Shown piece by piece: positions 22,080 through 34,300 of a stretch of DNA of 64,000 nucleotides; within the stretch, counting starts at the first letter, position 1; each line of letters starts with the position of its first letter. A model generated the notes under the pieces. The model did no database searches. It had not been told where the DNA came from and saw only the letters and a list, made by a program, of their open reading frames with translations. Made by a program: the position numbers and the translations under genes. Source of the DNA: Gracilinanus agilis (lineage: Eukaryota); NCBI RefSeq assembly GCF_016433145.1, contig NC_058131.1, positions 601,381,775 through 601,445,774 of the forward strand, given 5' to 3'.

Positions 22080-22590
22080 AATAAAACCCAGTGGTTCCCT
22101 ATCACCTCTCCAGGAGCAAATACAAAAAGTTCTGCTTGGCGTTCAAAACATTTTACCTATCTCCGTCCTACCTTTTCACTGTTCTTACTCTAAACTCTCC
22201 GACTCGTACTTTTCGATCTAATGGCACTGGCTGTTCAACGAGCAAGACATTACATCTCTTGAGTCAAAGAGTTTTCTTTGGCTGTAGCCCATGCCTGGAA
22301 GGCTCTCTCCTCCACTCCTATTACTGACCTCTCTTGGCTTCCTTTAAGCCCCAACTAAAAGCCTATCTTCTAGGAAGCCTTCTCAAGCCCTCTTCATTGC
22401 CTCTCTTATTTCCCCCCACTCCATTTATCCTGTATGTAGCTTCTTTTTAAATATTTGGCAGCTTGTCTCCCTCTATAGAGTGTGAGCCCATTTAGACAGC
22501 AGGCGCTAAATTTTGCTTCTTTTTGTCTCTCCAGCGTTTATCACAGGTCCTGGCTCATAGCAGGAGCTTAATTCATATTTATTGACTGAC
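22080..22590 (+). mobile_element. L2 LINE 3' region
   Basis: Typical L2 3' text ending cctggctcatagcaggagcttaattcatatttattgactgac. Confidence 0.7.
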
Positions 22591-23179
22591 CTTGAGATTC
22601 CGGAGCCTAGGTGAGAGGCGACTTGAGCCCACTTTCTTCGGTATACATACTGCCGAAGCAAGTACAGCCCATTTTCCTCAAAGACCCTCTGCAGGGGGCA
22701 GAAGAGTGACACCCTTATTTAACTCCTGGGACCTCGAGATTATGGAGTGATTGTGTTCTTCTGGTTTCTTCTCCAGAGATTACTGGGGATTAAAGGAGAA
22801 ATAAATTAATTTACTAGAAGAGTGGGAGACAGAGATGGGTTCAGAGAATATTTCTCAACTTGATCCCCTAATTTGTACTTATGTTGCTTTATGTCTGACT
22901 GTAATGTTGTTGATATGTATGTATTAGATGTGTGTGTGTCTTCTACGGTCTAGCAAGAGAGCATTTACCTGAAATGAGGGTTCGAGCCAGGAGCTGAGAA
23001 ATAAATCACCCCTAAAACAGTGCATCATTTCAGGAGGATCGAAGCTCTGTGTAAAATGAGGATAATGGACAAGATAATTTCTCCAGGGTCCCTTCCAGCC
23101 CTGAATCCTGGGATTCTAAAACCTGACTGAGTTGGGGTACCGGGGAGAAGAATCCAGGAAGGGATTGCCTAGGCCTCTT

Positions 23180-23388
23180 AAAACGGGGCGGGGCATTATG
23201 CCCCGCCCACTAGCTCCTCAAGAAGGAGGTGGGGGATCTTTTCTCTACCTCATAGTTACTCCTGTCCTTTAAAAGGGACGCATGCGCATTCGTGACCGCC
23301 GAAGCGTTCAGGAAGTCAGACTGCCAGCTTCCTCTCCTCGGGAAAAGGCACCTGTGCCACCTTGGACAGCCTTGAGGGAAAATCCAAG
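23180..23388 (+). promoter_or_regulatory. Putative GDPGP1 promoter and non-coding first exon
   Basis: Palindromic double GC box 23186-23208, NRF1-like acgcatgcgca 23278-23288, ETS caggaagt, strong donor AAG|gtgaga at 23388/23389; matching acceptor at 25353. Confidence 0.55.
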
Positions 23389-23729
23389 GTGAGAAGTGGA
23401 GGGGAGCGAGGGGAGAGAGGCGGTGCACTTACTCTCTGGAGGAAAGCAGAAGGGGAAGGGAGAAAAATGTAGTCGACAGTTATTTGGAAGCATCTGTGCT
23501 GGGAAGATTGAAATCTGGAACCTCAGTAGGAGAAGGAGAGACTGAGGGGAGGGTGGGCACGCAGGAAATTTTCATTTGATAGTCTTCAACCCACAAGTAG
23601 ATTTCTCCCTCCTCTAAACTCCCTTGCCTCCCCATTCTCTTTTTTTCCGACATCTTTAACGGAATTTCTCTGGTTTGCCCATGGAGTTTTATTTGGAGTC
23701 AAAAAGGGGAGGGGAGAGGAAATAAGCAT

Positions 23730-24120
23730 TTATATAGTGCCGTCGATGAGCCAAGCACCAACTTGAACAACAACAACAAATTACCCTTTGGTCCTTATGA
23801 CAGCCCCACGAGTAGGGTGCCATGATTATCCCCATTTTACAACTGAGGAAGCTGAAGCAAACAGAGGTTAAGGGAAGTCGAATTTAAATGCAGGTCTTCC
23901 TGACTCCAGGCCAAGCACTCTAACCACTCCCGGGTTTATGCCTTGGTTCCACCACTTACTGGCTTTGTGACTTCTATTATATGTCACTGAACTTCAGATT
24001 CTTATTTGGTAAAATGAGGACACCTGTCCTAGCTACCTCATGGGACTGTTATGAAGTTCAAGTATTGATATGTATGTGCTCTTTGAAAACTTAATTCACC
24101 ATCTACATGGTAAGGTAAAA
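23730..24120. mobile_element. Adjacent MIR-family fragments (- then +)
   Basis: ccccattttacaactgaggaagctgaagc (reverse core) and aacttcagattcttatttggtaaaatgagg (forward core). Confidence 0.65.
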
Positions 24121-24636
24121 ATATGTGAATGTTAATTTCTGTAAATGTTTTATATATCCCCTACTACACTGTAAAACCAAGGACAAGAGTTTTTTCTTTG
24201 AAGGACAATGACCATTGCTTATTTCCTCATTGTATCTTTCAAATTTGCATATTAGAGTGGGTAAATAAATATTTGATGAATCAGTTATTTGGCATCCAAC
24301 CATGGCCTTGTCCTCTCCACTACTTTCTAGATTCTCAGGCCTCATTGCTGACTTGTTTAGGAAGAAGACAACGTCCCAAAGCTTCAACTAATTGATTTGT
24401 ACTAACCAGAGATGGCTAGGAGCCTGCTATCAGGAAACATATATAAATTTAACCCTCCCTCTTTCTATTTCCTGACTCACTAGAGGGACATGGCACTAAA
24501 AGTAAAAATTTCAGAGGGATTGGTTCAATGGCAGATGAAAAAGATGTTATAGGACAGGCCTTATAATCCTTATCAAGTCAGTTTTCCTTTGTGTATGTTT
24601 GGCCTTGCATACATTTTGAGAGATTATAATATTATA

Positions 24637-24893
24637 TGTTGTGTAATTAGAATCTGCACCCCTGGACTCTGAATCCTAGCATCCCACTTTCATTCTCAGG
24701 TTATGTCCTAACATTTTGGAGATAAAGTTTGTGTGTAACCCGGGCTCTCATCCCTCCCACCCCTAATGTGACTGGGAAAACTTCTCTTTACTCAGGCTTT
24801 TACATTTGTCTTTTTATTTCTTCTACTTCAAGCGATTATTAATAAATCTTATAAAATATACTTGGAGTTATTGGCTATTTTAATCTTACAACA
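24637..24893 (+). mobile_element. Short solo LTR-like element in GDPGP1 intron
   Basis: TGTTG...CAACA termini, AATAAA at 24841-24846 followed by a U5-like tail, near-TSD tattat on both sides (1-bp offset). Confidence 0.55.
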
Positions 24894-25011
24894 TATTATG
24901 GGGCATATATATATATACAGTTATATATAGAGACTGCAGGAGCGGGAAAAGTTGTCTTTAGAAAAGTAGATGTTAAGCAATATTTTCCCAGAAATTTAAA
25001 AGTTATTTTTG

Positions 25012-25217
25012 GGGGCAGCTAGGTGGCTTAGTGGCTAGAGAGCCAGGCCTAGAAAGGAGAGGTCCTGGGTTCAATTCTGGCCTCAGATACTTAGCTCTGC
25101 AAGCCTGGGCAAGTCACTTAATCTCACACTGCCCAGCCCTTACCACTCTTCTGCCTAGGAACCAATACACATTATTGATTCTAAGACAGAAGGTAAAAGG
25201 TTGTGGGTTTTTTTTTT
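25012..25217 (+). mobile_element. SINE1_Mdo-like element with TSD aaagttattttt
   Basis: Consensus match; TSD on both flanks. Confidence 0.9.
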
Positions 25218-25406
25218 AAAGTTATTTTTAAAAGCAATTAAAAAAAAAAAACAAATCAAGGAGCCAAAAAAGTTTTAAAGTTCAATTTTAAAGTCCTTAG
25301 AAATGTGATATATCCTACTTTATGTTCCTTCACTTCTTGTTATTGTGTTCCAGGTGACCTGGAGGAAACCCTGCCTGGTAGAACTTGGGATTTGTACCAT
25401 TATCAT

Positions 25407-26570
25407 ATGGCTGTACCACAGAATATAAATGAACCTTCAAATTTACCACCTCTGAGCAATGGCTGTGATGAACAGTCAAGACTCTCGGTTGGGCTGGGAG
25501 TATTAGATTTTGTGTATCGCCAGGAGGAGCTGAGAGTGAAAGGGATACAGTGGCAGACTAGTGAGTCTGGTGAACTGTGTCCCCCTTTGCTGTCTCGCTT
25601 TGATTGTGTCCTCCAGTCATCTTGGAAACAACGGATGGAACAAGGATTGTTTCGTTACTGCCTTGGGGAACTGCAGACCCAAATCCTACCTGGCCCTCTG
25701 GGTTTTGTGGCTCAGCTGAATGTGGAGCGAGGTGTACAGAGAAGACCCCCTCAGAACATCCAGAGTGTGAGGCAGGCATTTGACCCTCAGCAGTTCCATT
25801 TCAATAAGATCCAACCAGGAGAAATCCTCTTCCACCTGTGCCGAGATCCAGGCTTTCCAATGGCTCTCCAGTGCACTGAGGTCCTGGTAATTATCAATGT
25901 CAGTCCCTTGGAATGGGGACATGTGCTTTTTGTGCCAGAGCCCACCCAAGGGCTACCACAGATTCTCATGCCAGACCCATTACAATTTGGGATAGAGGCT
26001 GTCATGCTTAGCACTCACCCAGGCTTCCGTGTGGGCTTCAACAGCCTAGGTGGCTTGGCTTCTGTCAACCACTTACATCTGCATGGCTACTATCTAGCCC
26101 ACAAACTGCCAGTAGAGACAGCTCCAAGCCAGCCACTAGATCCCAATGGTCATATCCACCTACTAGAAGGACTCCCAGCCCCTGGCTTCCTATTTTTTGT
26201 TGATGAGCCAGGACCAAAGTTGGAGGCATTGGTAGGCAGGGTCTGTCAAGTCACCAACTACCTGGCTGACCAGGAGATTGCACATAACTTATTTGTGACC
26301 CGAGGGGCCCCGCCTGGAAACCCACCATCCTCATTGACCTATTCTGGTATCCGGGTCATCCTTTGGGCCCGGAAGTCCAGATTTGGAGTTAAGGAAGGGG
26401 AGGCTTTCAATGTGGCACTTTGTGAACTGGCAGGACACCTTCCTGTTAAAACTTCCCAGGATTTCCACAGTTTGACTGAAGCTTCAGCTGTGAATCTCAT
26501 TCAGCAATCTCTCCTGCCTCCATCCCAGTTTTTACAACTTCAAGAAGCTCTGGTGTCCCTCCTGGAATAG
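25407..26570 (+). CDS. GDPGP1: GDP-D-glucose phosphorylase 1 (387 aa, single coding exon; HIT family, VTC2 homolog)
   Basis: ORF 25305-26570 with true start MAVPQ at 25407 after acceptor 25353; HIT motif [36 protein letters not shown]. Confidence 0.96.
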   Translation: MAVPQNINEPSNLPPLSNGCDEQSRLSVGLGVLDFVYRQEELRVKGIQWQTSESGELCPPLLSRFDCVLQSSWKQRMEQGLFRYCLGELQTQILPGPLGFVAQLNVERGVQRRPPQNIQSVRQAFDPQQFHFNKIQPGEILFHLCRDPGFPMALQCTEVLVIINVSPLEWGHVLFVPEPTQGLPQILMPDPLQFGIEAVMLSTHPGFRVGFNSLGGLASVNHLHLHGYYLAHKLPVETAPSQPLDPNGHIHLLEGLPAPGFLFFVDEPGPKLEALVGRVCQVTNYLADQEIAHNLFVTRGAPPGNPPSSLTYSGIRVILWARKSRFGVKEGEAFNVALCELAGHLPVKTSQDFHSLTEASAVNLIQQSLLPPSQFLQLQEALVSLLE

Positions 26571-26639
26571 TAGGTGTTTCCCCAGAATGATATTTATTTT
26601 CTAATTTATTATGCCTTTTAGAGGGTTTCTTTTCCAAGT

Positions 26640-27110
26640 CATGAAAACTTTCAAAAAAATTTCAGTTGCCCCCTATTGTTTGTAAAGGGTAGTACAAGCT
26701 CCCTAGAGGTCTGGCATTCAAAGCCCCTCTACATTCTCACTTTTCTTTCAGACTTATTTCATATTAATTCCCTACATGCCTTCTACATGTCAGCCAAACT
26801 GAACTACTAAACTGCTATTCTTAAGCTCAGAGTTCCCAACTTCACATTTCCAGCCATTCCCTCAATGCCTGCAATACTTTCCCATTAATGGCCACTTCTC
26901 TGTTTTCCTGTACTTTAGGTGTTGTTAACTCTGTGAAACCTTTCCTGACCCATCTCCCACCCCTAGTTTGTGGACTCTCCCTCCTCACCATTATTTTGTA
27001 TTCCTATTTATTCGTTCATAATATAAGTTCCTAGAGGGCAGAGACCAGCTATTTTTACAGTACCCTGCACCTGTAGATGCTTAATAAATGTTTCTTGAAT
27101 TTTGTTGCAG
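26640..27110 (+). mobile_element. L2 3' end in GDPGP1 3' UTR, supplying AATAAA at 27083-27088
   Basis: aagttcctagagggcagagacc...gtagatgcttaataaatgtttcttgaat. Confidence 0.65.
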
Positions 27111-27379
27111 TAATACATCTATATGTCTATAACATGTATATATATATGCATATGTACACATACAACACGCATTTTAAGTGGTCTCCATCCAGAGAGGAGG
27201 AATCATTCTGTCCAATATACCCTCACAGCAATTTCCACATTTGAGACTGCTTTCCAACTGATTTTCTGGAGATTTAGGTGGGGTGAAGTTAAGCAAAAGG
27301 CACAATATTAAGGATCTCCGAAAGGGCCTGGAGCTCAGTTCTTCCCTCCTGCAGCCCCGTATTTGACCAAGTAATTGAC

Positions 27380-28150
27380 AAGGAGCCTTTACCCAGGCCT
27401 GGGCTCTTCCCGCCAAAGTTCGTTAAGCAGCCAGGGCCGCGAGTGCTCTGATGATTCATACAATGAGCCGCTTCAGGACCTTCGTGACGTTCTGGAGTTT
27501 GGCTCCCTAGAAACTATAAGTTCTAGCGTGCATTGTAGGCAGTTCGGAAGGAAGACTGGGTTCGCGAGGCGGTAGCTTGAGGCCCCTTTGTTGTCGCGAC
27601 GGCCCCGAAGTTGAGGTGTCTTTCTGCCCCGCCTAAGATGGCCGCGGCGAAGCCCAGGGTGGGTGTGGCTGCAGGGAAGAGGCCCCGCCCCTCCAGAATG
27701 CTTCTCCAAGGCGTGTCCATGGCGACGGCAGCGGTGGCGGCGGCGGCGGCGCTGCGAGCCTGTGGAGGCGCCGCCGCCGCCGGGGTCTCAGTGCTAGGTG
27801 AGAGCCCCGGGAGGGGAGCCGGCTCCCCTCCCGATCAGCAGGATCAGCCTGTCCCCTTGGGCGAGGTGGTCGACCCCCATAGTCGGAAAGACTAGTCGAG
27901 CGCTGGGCGAGGGGAGGGGCTGAGTGCTCGGCCAGGCCGCTTCTAGGCTCTAGGGGGCGCAGCAGCTGTGCCGGGACCGCCCCCCACCGAGGCTCTGGTG
28001 ATTAACTTTGTTTCAGCCCTTCCTATTAAAAATTGTCCGGCCCTTCCTCGCCTCCCCTGCCCTGGTCGGCCGCGGGGAGGCGCCCCACAGTCTCCGCTCC
28101 CTTTTTCCCAGCACTTTTTGGTCCCTGGCTCCCAGGAGTAGAGAGAGCGC
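27380..28150 (+). promoter_or_regulatory. TTLL13 CpG-island promoter with first exon ending at 27797
   Basis: ZNF143-like actataagttctagcgtgc (~27514), YY1-like aagatggccgc (~27635), GC box ~27681-27691, RFX X-box-like GTGTCCATGGCGAC 27713-27726, donor TAG|gtgaga 27797/27798. Confidence 0.7.
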
Positions 28151-28351
28151 GCAGCAATGGTCCCATCCTTCAGTTTGCAAGCAGGCGTCCCTCTATACAT
28201 ATCTGTCTACCTGAATCTATACCGTGTCCCTCTGTGTGCATATAGAGAAAGTAAGGCATGGGACAGCTGGAGACAAGTGTCAGAGCCAGGGCAGTCCTTA
28301 CTAATCCCTTGCCCTGGGTATTTTGCCTCTGCTGCAGAATCTAGAAGAAAT

Positions 28352-31300
28352 ATGGAGACTGCTATCAGCAAAACCAGTGAATCAGAGGAAGACTATGGCG
28401 AGGAAGAGGAGTCAGAGGAGGAAAGTGTTAAAAAGGCTACAGACCCCTCTAATGCTTCGCAACAGAGCAGCACAGAGGCAGGTGGGAATGGGGTCCCCGC
28501 TTCCACTGTCAAGAAGTCTCCGAAGAAAGTAGCAGCCCCATCTGAGCCAGAGGACTCTGATATTGGGAGGAAAAGGAGACGTCGGAAGCGAAAGTAATTA
28601 ATAGTTCCCCACAACCTCTCCGTACTTGCTAGGCTTCTGGGGATTTCTGTAGTAAGGTGACTTGAAATCAGCTATTTATCCCTTACCCTCTCTAGGGAAG
28701 TAACAGGGAAGACAGAAACCTAACTGACTTTTAATTTTATTATCTTTATTTTCAGAAGAAAAACTGCTTGAATACAATAACCATTTATTTTGTGCCCAGC
28801 ACTGAAATACTCCAGGAAATTGGTGACACAGATACTTGATTTGGGCTTTGAAGAGTGGATAGGAATTCAAAAGACAAAGGGGAAAAAAAGGAGTATTTCT
28901 AGGCATTGGAAATGGTTTGAGCAAAGTCTTGATTTTGAGTGGTGAGAGTAGCCCGGTTTCTCTAGAAGAGAGTTCAAGGGAGTAAAATTAAATAAAACAA
29001 GGAAATTTTAGTAATTTTAAGATTAAGGAGAACTTTAAATGCCAGGTAATGAGTTCAAGCTTTTTTCAGTTCAATTTAAATGCTTATCGAATTGAACTTT
29101 TAACTTTATTTGGTCCGCAATGGAGAACCTAAGGATTTTTGAGTAGATGTGTAGTGGGATCAGACCAATGCATAAGAAAGATTATTGTGACAGTGTTATG
29201 ATTTGAAAGAGGGGGGAAGACACATATTAAGGAGTTATTAAAATAGTCTAGACAGGTGGTGATGTGGGCCTGTCCTCAGGAAGTGATTAATGGTAGTGGA
29301 GGGATAGGTGGCAGATGAAACAAATGATGTGGCCATAGTAGAATTAACAAGCTTAAGTAACTAATTAGTTATGAGCAGTGATCAAATCTGAATTTTCCTT
29401 CATTGGCATTCTGGTCTTTCTCCAGTGGCTTCATTATTGGTAAAAGAGAATCACACAGATTTTGGTTAGCTCTTCAGGTGTCCTATTTGGAGACCACATC
29501 TACCCACTCAGCTACCCCAGGATTCAATTTTCCTATCTATCCTGTTTTAAAATTTCACTTGATTTCTTACCTTCCTCCATTGTAGGCTCCTGACTATCAA
29601 CCTGACCAATTGCAAGTATGAAAGTGGTAAGAACTTTTCCTTTTTTCTAAAAGAGAGCCTTCCCAGTATGCATATTGCTACTATAAATACCCATCATAGT
29701 TTCAAAAAGACATGGTCTGTTAGCAGTGAGCTTCCTTTTGTGGAACATAGTTAAGCTTAGAAGGTATGTTTCTACTAAGTTGTATTGGCTAACATCAGCA
29801 TTGGTTTATAACCTTGATCTCTTGGTATGCTTCAGCTTTCAAGGTCTACTGAATCATTCAATAACATTAAAGCAACTAAGTATAAAATACTGGGCTATTT
29901 ACTGGGGAAAATCCAAGAATGGTCTTTGACTTGTAAGGAATTAAATTAAGGGTTTGACTAAACATGTGAGAATTCTAAATTAATATTGTGGTTGCTGATT
30001 CAAAAACATTATAACCTAAGTCAAAATGATTTTTGGTAACTTTTATTTACAAAGAGGTGTGGAAAGAGTGAAAGTAGTGAAATACAAAAAGGAGGATAGA
30101 GAAAGATGTCTAACCTATCACACTAAGTATTGCTCCCAGTTTGGCTCAGCCCAGCAGATCTTGTTAACCCTCCAGGTCCTCCAAGCTCCAAATTCAGGCT
30201 GGAGACCAGTCTTAGCTGAAGCCTTTCAGGACTTTTTATAGTCACTTCTTGTCCCTTCCCCCTCTTCACAGGGGCCAATCACAGCTTCCAAATTGCCTAG
30301 CACCGCCCAGGGGGCAGTGTATATGGGATCCACTTCTCACCCTCTAAAAGTGTCAACTCTTATCAAAGGATTCATAAGTTTCTGGTTGATTAGGTTAAAA
30401 GGGTGGAGCTCTTCAAGTAAGTGACTTGTGAATTCTCTTACTTCTTCAAGTAAGTGACTTATGAATTCTTTTACTGCTTCAAGTAAGTGACTTGTAAATT
30501 CTCTTCTTCAAGTAAGTGACTTGTGAATTCTCTTACTTGATGGCTAACGAAGTGATAAATAGGGGTTAAGTTGAAAAATTAGACAAAGAGAATAAAGAAT
30601 TCCCTTTCACAGTCTTTTGCTTAAAGTGTAGGAGAAGAAAGGAATAGACAAGTAATTATAATACAGAATATAAATTTAAAAGAGAAATACAAAAAAAGGG
30701 ACATAGTTCATAGGAGGGAGAGGTCACCTCTAACTGAAACCATGGAAAACTTCATTAAGGATATGGTGTTTGACTTAAGCTTCAGTAAGCTCAGGATTTC
30801 ATCAGATGGGTTGGGGGGGGGGGGGTCAGAGAAACCATCAGCATAATAGAGATCTGCAAGTTTTCAGGTAGAAGTCATTGTTTCTTGGGGACAACTCTGG
30901 AGAATTAAGACTTAATTCACTGGTTGGGATAGGTCAGAGATGACTAAAGTTAAGCCAGGTTTTTTATTTCTGTGCTGCAGAAAGATCTTGCAAGTGAAAT
31001 GTTCTGGTAGAATAATCAACACAGGAGTATCATGTGTTAAAGTATGAAATACTCTTCCCCTCATCCTAGGTTAGATAATCTGCTCCTCACCCATAGCAAG
31101 TATTTTTATTCTTCAACATACTGAGATTTGGGCTGTGGCCATAGTCTCTTCTTTCTGTTCTCACATGGTATGTACCTTGAAGGTCAGGTGTCAGGACTTT
31201 TCTGCCTTTTCAGTTCGACGAGCAGCCCAGCTCTGTGGCCTGAAGGAAGTGGGGGAAGATGAAGAATGGACAGTTTATTGGACTGACTGTTCTGTCTCAC

Positions 31301-34300
31301 TGGAGCGTGTTATGGACATGAAGAGGTTTCAGGTATTAACTCCTTGGGAGGAAGAGTCCCTAAGGGAAGAGGACCAAGGTCCCATTAGAGTACCTACCCC
31401 CATAGGATAACTAGGAAACCATTTTTCTTCCTTTGTTCAGTACCTCAAAGATTAGAGTTTTTCAAAGAAGACCTCTTCCAGAAACTTCTGGAGAATGAAT
31501 CTTTGTTCACCAGGGATTCTGTACATCATAATGAGGTTTGAATGGGGAGACACAGAGAGAACAGATAGAGAGATGGATGAAACATTAGGCAAATACTAGG
31601 AGCCATGAAATATCAGTAAAGCATTTTGTTAACTTTTAAAATATTGCATAAATTCTAGCTATTTTTATTACATCCATCTTTACCTCTAAATCCAAGCATC
31701 TGTTTCATTTATTTCATTGTTTATATGTCCCAAATTATCACTCTACCCCTGTTCCCAATGCTTGGCATTATTTTTGGCACACTGAATACCATTTTCTCCT
31801 TAGATGATTGGTGGTATTATAAAATCCCTTTAGCTATGGTATTCTTTTCCTGTTTCCTTCTGAATTCATAATCTGCTCTGTGTTTTACCATATACTGACA
31901 GAACCAGTCCATTTTAGGACCAGTATATTGGAAGATGGCTAGAGGGACTAGAGTAATATATGTTAAAGGGATTATAATGGATCTAGGCCCCTTCACCAGA
32001 CATTCCCTAGTCTTATCATATGCTCTAGGCAGCATGAGTTCTTTTTTTATTTACTAATCTTTATTTTATTCCAATAACAAATTTATACATAAGTTTTCCA
32101 AAGTTACATGATTCATGTTGTCTCTCTCCCCCTTCCTGGAGCTCTGACAAGCAATTCTACTGGGTTATACATGTATTATCACTCAAAATATATTTCCATA
32201 TTCATTTTTGTAAGAGAATAATCTTATAAAACCAAAACCCCAAATCATATACCCAGATAAACAGGAGATAAGTCATATGTTTTCATCTGCATTTCTATTC
32301 CAGTAGTTCTTTCTCTGGGGGTGGATAGCATTCTTTTACATAAGTCCCTCAGAATTGTCCTAGATCATTATATTGTTGTTAGTTACAAAGTCTATCACAT
32401 TTAATCATCCCACAATATTGCAGTTATAGTGTATAATGTCCTCCCAGTTCTGCTTATTTCACTCCACATCAGTTCATGTAGGTCTTGCCAGTTCTTTCTG
32501 AAATCATCCTGTTCTTTATAGTACAATATTATTCCATCGCCATCATATGCCACAATTTGTTCAACCGTTCCTTTTAGTTTCCAATTCTTTGCCAACACAA
32601 AAAGCACAGCTATAAATATTTTTGTACAAGCATATCCTTTATGGGTTCTTCCTTTAGAAAGTTTCTGAAAGAGACACCTACCTTAAAGGACGTCTTCTCA
32701 TAATACTCTTGGGGCACTGCTCCCTTTGCTGTACTCTGTATCTGTGTTCTCACCATTTTCCTTTACTGCTTCTGCTAATGTCTAAATCTGGGGAGTTAAT
32801 GCCCACTTTGTTTAAATGAACCTGGCTGGCTCTGTCTTTTTCAGAAAATCAACCACTTTCCAGGAATGACAGAAATCTGTCGCAAAGATCTGCTGGCCCG
32901 GAATCTCAACCGCATGCATAAGCTCTATCCTTCTGAGTATAACATCTTCCCCCGGACCTGGTGCCTCCCTGCAGAGTGAGTGAAATTTGGCCTAATGTTG
33001 AGATAGACTGATGGTAGAATGTAGTTGTCTGTGCCCCTTTCAGACTCCTATTGCTATATCAGAATGGTACATGGGATAAAAATTAGGAGGGGAATTCAAC
33101 TGACCAAAGGAAAACTGATATGAGAATGGGTGTTTGAAGGAGGGTCACACAGTGAATAATGGGAAATGCTCAGAAGATCCTATGGGTGAGCAGTGACCAT
33201 GATGCCTTAGAAGCTTTCTGACCACTGCCACTGTGCCAAACAGCTATGGGGACTTTCAGAACCATGGACGTCAGCGGAAAACTCGTACTTATATCTGTAA
33301 GCCAGACAGTGGCTGCCAGGGACGGGGTATCTTCATCACCCGGAATCCTCGGGAGATCAAACCAGGAGAGCATATGATCTGTCAGCAGTATATATCTAAG
33401 GTGAGTATGATTTAGAATCCAGAACATTGGTCTCTCATAAACCCTTGATACTAGTTTTTTCTTGAAAAGAAACTGAATCTGATTGCATCTTCCTAGAATC
33501 AGTGGGAGGGGACTGGTTTGGGCACCCTTTTACTCTCCACTTTCCTCAGTTCTAGTTCCTACTGCTTGTTTCCCTCATGGGGGTCACTCTTTCTCAGCCC
33601 TTCCTCATCGATGGCTTCAAGTTTGATATGAGAATCTATGTCCTGATCACATCCTGTGACCCACTTCGTGTCTTCATGTATGAAGAAGGCTTAGCCCGCT
33701 TTGCTACCATGCCGTACATGGAACCCAGCATCAACAATCTGGTATGAGGACTTAAAAGGGATCCCTGAAATAGAAAAGTATGTATGTATATATATACATA
33801 CACTCAGCAGTGCTCTAGTGTTTCTCCATCCCCTTCTCAATAAGTCCTTACAACAATATTGTAACGACAGCTAGAGAAGCTAGGAAAAAATTAACTTTTA
33901 ATTCCTGCCTCATTTCAAGAAAGGATGCCAGAGGGAAATATTCATAATTTTGACTTGAGAATTTTTCCCAAAAGTAGTTTTGGGAAATGTCATAGTTGAA
34001 AAAAATAGCTTGAGGTGAGATGGAACCATTAAAGCTTTGGGTTTTTTTAAACCCTTACCTTCTGTCTTAGAATCAGGATAAGAATTGGTTCCAAGACAGA
34101 AGAGCAGTAAAGGCTAAGCAGCGGGAGTTAAGTGACTTGTCAAGGGTTACACACAGCCAGGAAGTGTCTTGAGACTAGATTTGAACCTAGCATCTAATGT
34201 CTCTAGGCCTGGTTCTCTACTGAGCCACCTAGCTGCCCCCATTAAAGATAAGTTTAGTAGAATTCAGTGTCATCCTCTTGACTGAGACCTCCTTTCTTCC

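Noticed and set aside
25305-25406. Longer 421-aa GDPGP1 start from the ORF track
   Set aside because: It starts at GTG inside the intron's polypyrimidine tract, upstream of the acceptor at 25353
28157-28337. ATG 28157 in-frame extension of TTLL13 exon 2
   Set aside because: It lies in intron 1 and would need retention or an unsupported TSS; the spliced extension is more parsimonious
30411-30538. Direct repeats as a CRISPR-like array
   Set aside because: No unique spacers, eukaryotic context, no cas genes; it is a tandem repeat in an LTR-like element
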